Shown: piece by piece, positions 23,905-25,308 of the stretch
Layout of the letters: each line of letters starts with the position of its first letter
Position numbering within the stretch: position 1 is the first letter of the stretch
Assembly (NCBI GenBank): GCA_030141605.1
Contig: JAQGDQ010001793.1
Location: 1-25,308 of the forward strand
Source: Tubiluchus corallicola
Lineage: Eukaryota > Animalia > Priapulida
DNA: 25,308 nucleotides
Reading direction: 5' to 3'
Position numbers and translations under genes: made by a program
The notes under the pieces: model-generated
Database searches by the model: none
Seen by the model: only the letters and a program-made list of their open reading frames with translations
Told to the model about the DNA's origin: nothing

Positions 23905-25308
23905 TATGGTGATTCTGAACTACTGTCAGCTGCAAGTGAGTCTGAATTATTGACAGTTGTGAGTGATTCTGAAATATTAGCAGTTGTGAGTGATTGTGAA
24001 TTATTGACAAATGCGAGTGACTCTGATTTATTGACACTTGTGAGTGTTTCTGATTTATTGACAGTTGTGAGTGTTTCTGATTTATTGACACTTGTGAGTG
24101 TTTCTGATTTATTGACAGTTGTGAGTGATTGTGAATTATTGACAAATGCGAGTGACTCTGATTTATTGACAGTTGTGAGTGTTTCTGATTTATTGACAGT
24201 TGTGAGTGTTTCTGATTTATTGACACTTGTGAGTGTTTCTGATTTATTGACAGTTGTGAGTGATTGTGAATTATTGACAAATGCGAGTGACTCTGATTTA
24301 TTGACACTTGTGAGTGTTTCTGATTTATTGACAGTTGTGAGTGTTTCTGATTTATTGACACTTGTGAGTGTTTCTGATTTATTGACAGTTGTGAGTGCTT
24401 CTGAATTACTGACAGTTGTGAGTGATTCTGATTTATTGACAGTTGTGAGTGCTTCTGATTTACTGACAGTTATGAGTGACTCTGATTTACTGACAGTTGT
24501 GAGTGATTCTGATTTATTGACAGTTGTGAGTGCTTCTGATTTATTGACAGTTGTGAGTGACTCTGAATTACCTACAGTTGTGAGTGACTCTGATTTACTG
24601 ACAGTTGTGAGTGATTCTGATTTATTGACAGTTGTGAGTGACTCTGATTTACTGACAGTTGTGAGTGACTCTGATTTACTGACAGTTGTGAGTGATTCTG
24701 ATTTATTGACAGTTGTGAGTGATTCTGATTTATTGACAGTTGTGAGTGATTCTGATTTATTGACAGTTGTGAGTGATTCTGATTTACTGACAGTTGTGAG
24801 TGACTCTGATTTACCTACAGTTGTGAATGATTCTGAATTACTGACAGTTGTGAGTGATTCTGATTTATTGACAGTTGTGAGTGATTCTGAATTACTGACA
24901 GTTGTGAGTGGTTCTGAATTACTGGCAGTTGCAAGTGATTTTGAATTACTGACAGTTGCGAGTGATTCTGAATTGCTGACAGTTGTGAGTGATTCTGATT
25001 TATTGACAGTTGTGAGTGATTCTGATTTATTGACAGTTGTGACTGATTGTGATTTACTGACAGTTGTGAGTGACTCTGATTTACTGACAGTTGTGAATGA
25101 TTCTGAATTACTGACAGTTGTGAGTGATTCTGATTTATTGACAGTTGTGAGTGATTCTGAATTACTGACAGTTGTGAGTGGTTCTGAATTACTGGCAGTT
25201 GCAAGTGATTTTGAATTACTGACAGTTGCGAGTGATTCTGAATTGCTGACAGTTGTGAGTGATTCTGATTTATTGACAGTTGTGAGTGATTCTGATTTAT
25301 TGACAGTT
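23905..25308. repeat. 27-bp minisatellite B (TGACAGTTGTGAGTGATTCTGATTTAT), about 50 units, runs off window
   Basis: Seen directly. Shares its core with array A. Confidence 0.97.

Noticed and set aside
23873-25204. Repetitive SINQNHSQL ORFs on the minus strand (also 20234..20536 and 23363..23575)
   Set aside because: Minisatellite units whose length is a multiple of 3. No start context or domain evidence.

Overview
AT-rich, repeat-dense eukaryotic DNA, probably from an invertebrate animal. It has GT-AG introns and no prokaryotic features. Two real genes are visible, both on the + strand. (1) A two-exon GT31-family (beta-1,3-galactosyltransferase/fringe-like) type II membrane glycosyltransferase: exon 1 is 4244-5234, exon 2 is 14232-14737, the phase-1 intron is 8997 bp, the protein is about 498 aa, and the stem carries a 51-bp coding VNTR. 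(2) The first coding exon of a rhodopsin-class GPCR (21419-21714), surrounded by minisatellites. The dominant structure is a >=3 kb inverted repeat (1-3146 vs 6987-9848, running off the left edge). Its spacer holds GT exon 1, its right arm lies in the GT intron, and the arms alternate between identical and diverged tracts. An older inverted duplication (6616-7686 vs 18835-19896) brackets exon 2. Mobile DNA includes three TTAA/piggyBac-type MITEs, two hAT-like MITEs, three copies of a bipartite non-autonomous RTE element, several LINE 3' fragments, and a circularly permuted RTE-like fragment amplified together with (GAT)n tracts. Most other ORFs in the track are artefacts of repeats. All alignments were done by eye, so identities and copy numbers are approximate.
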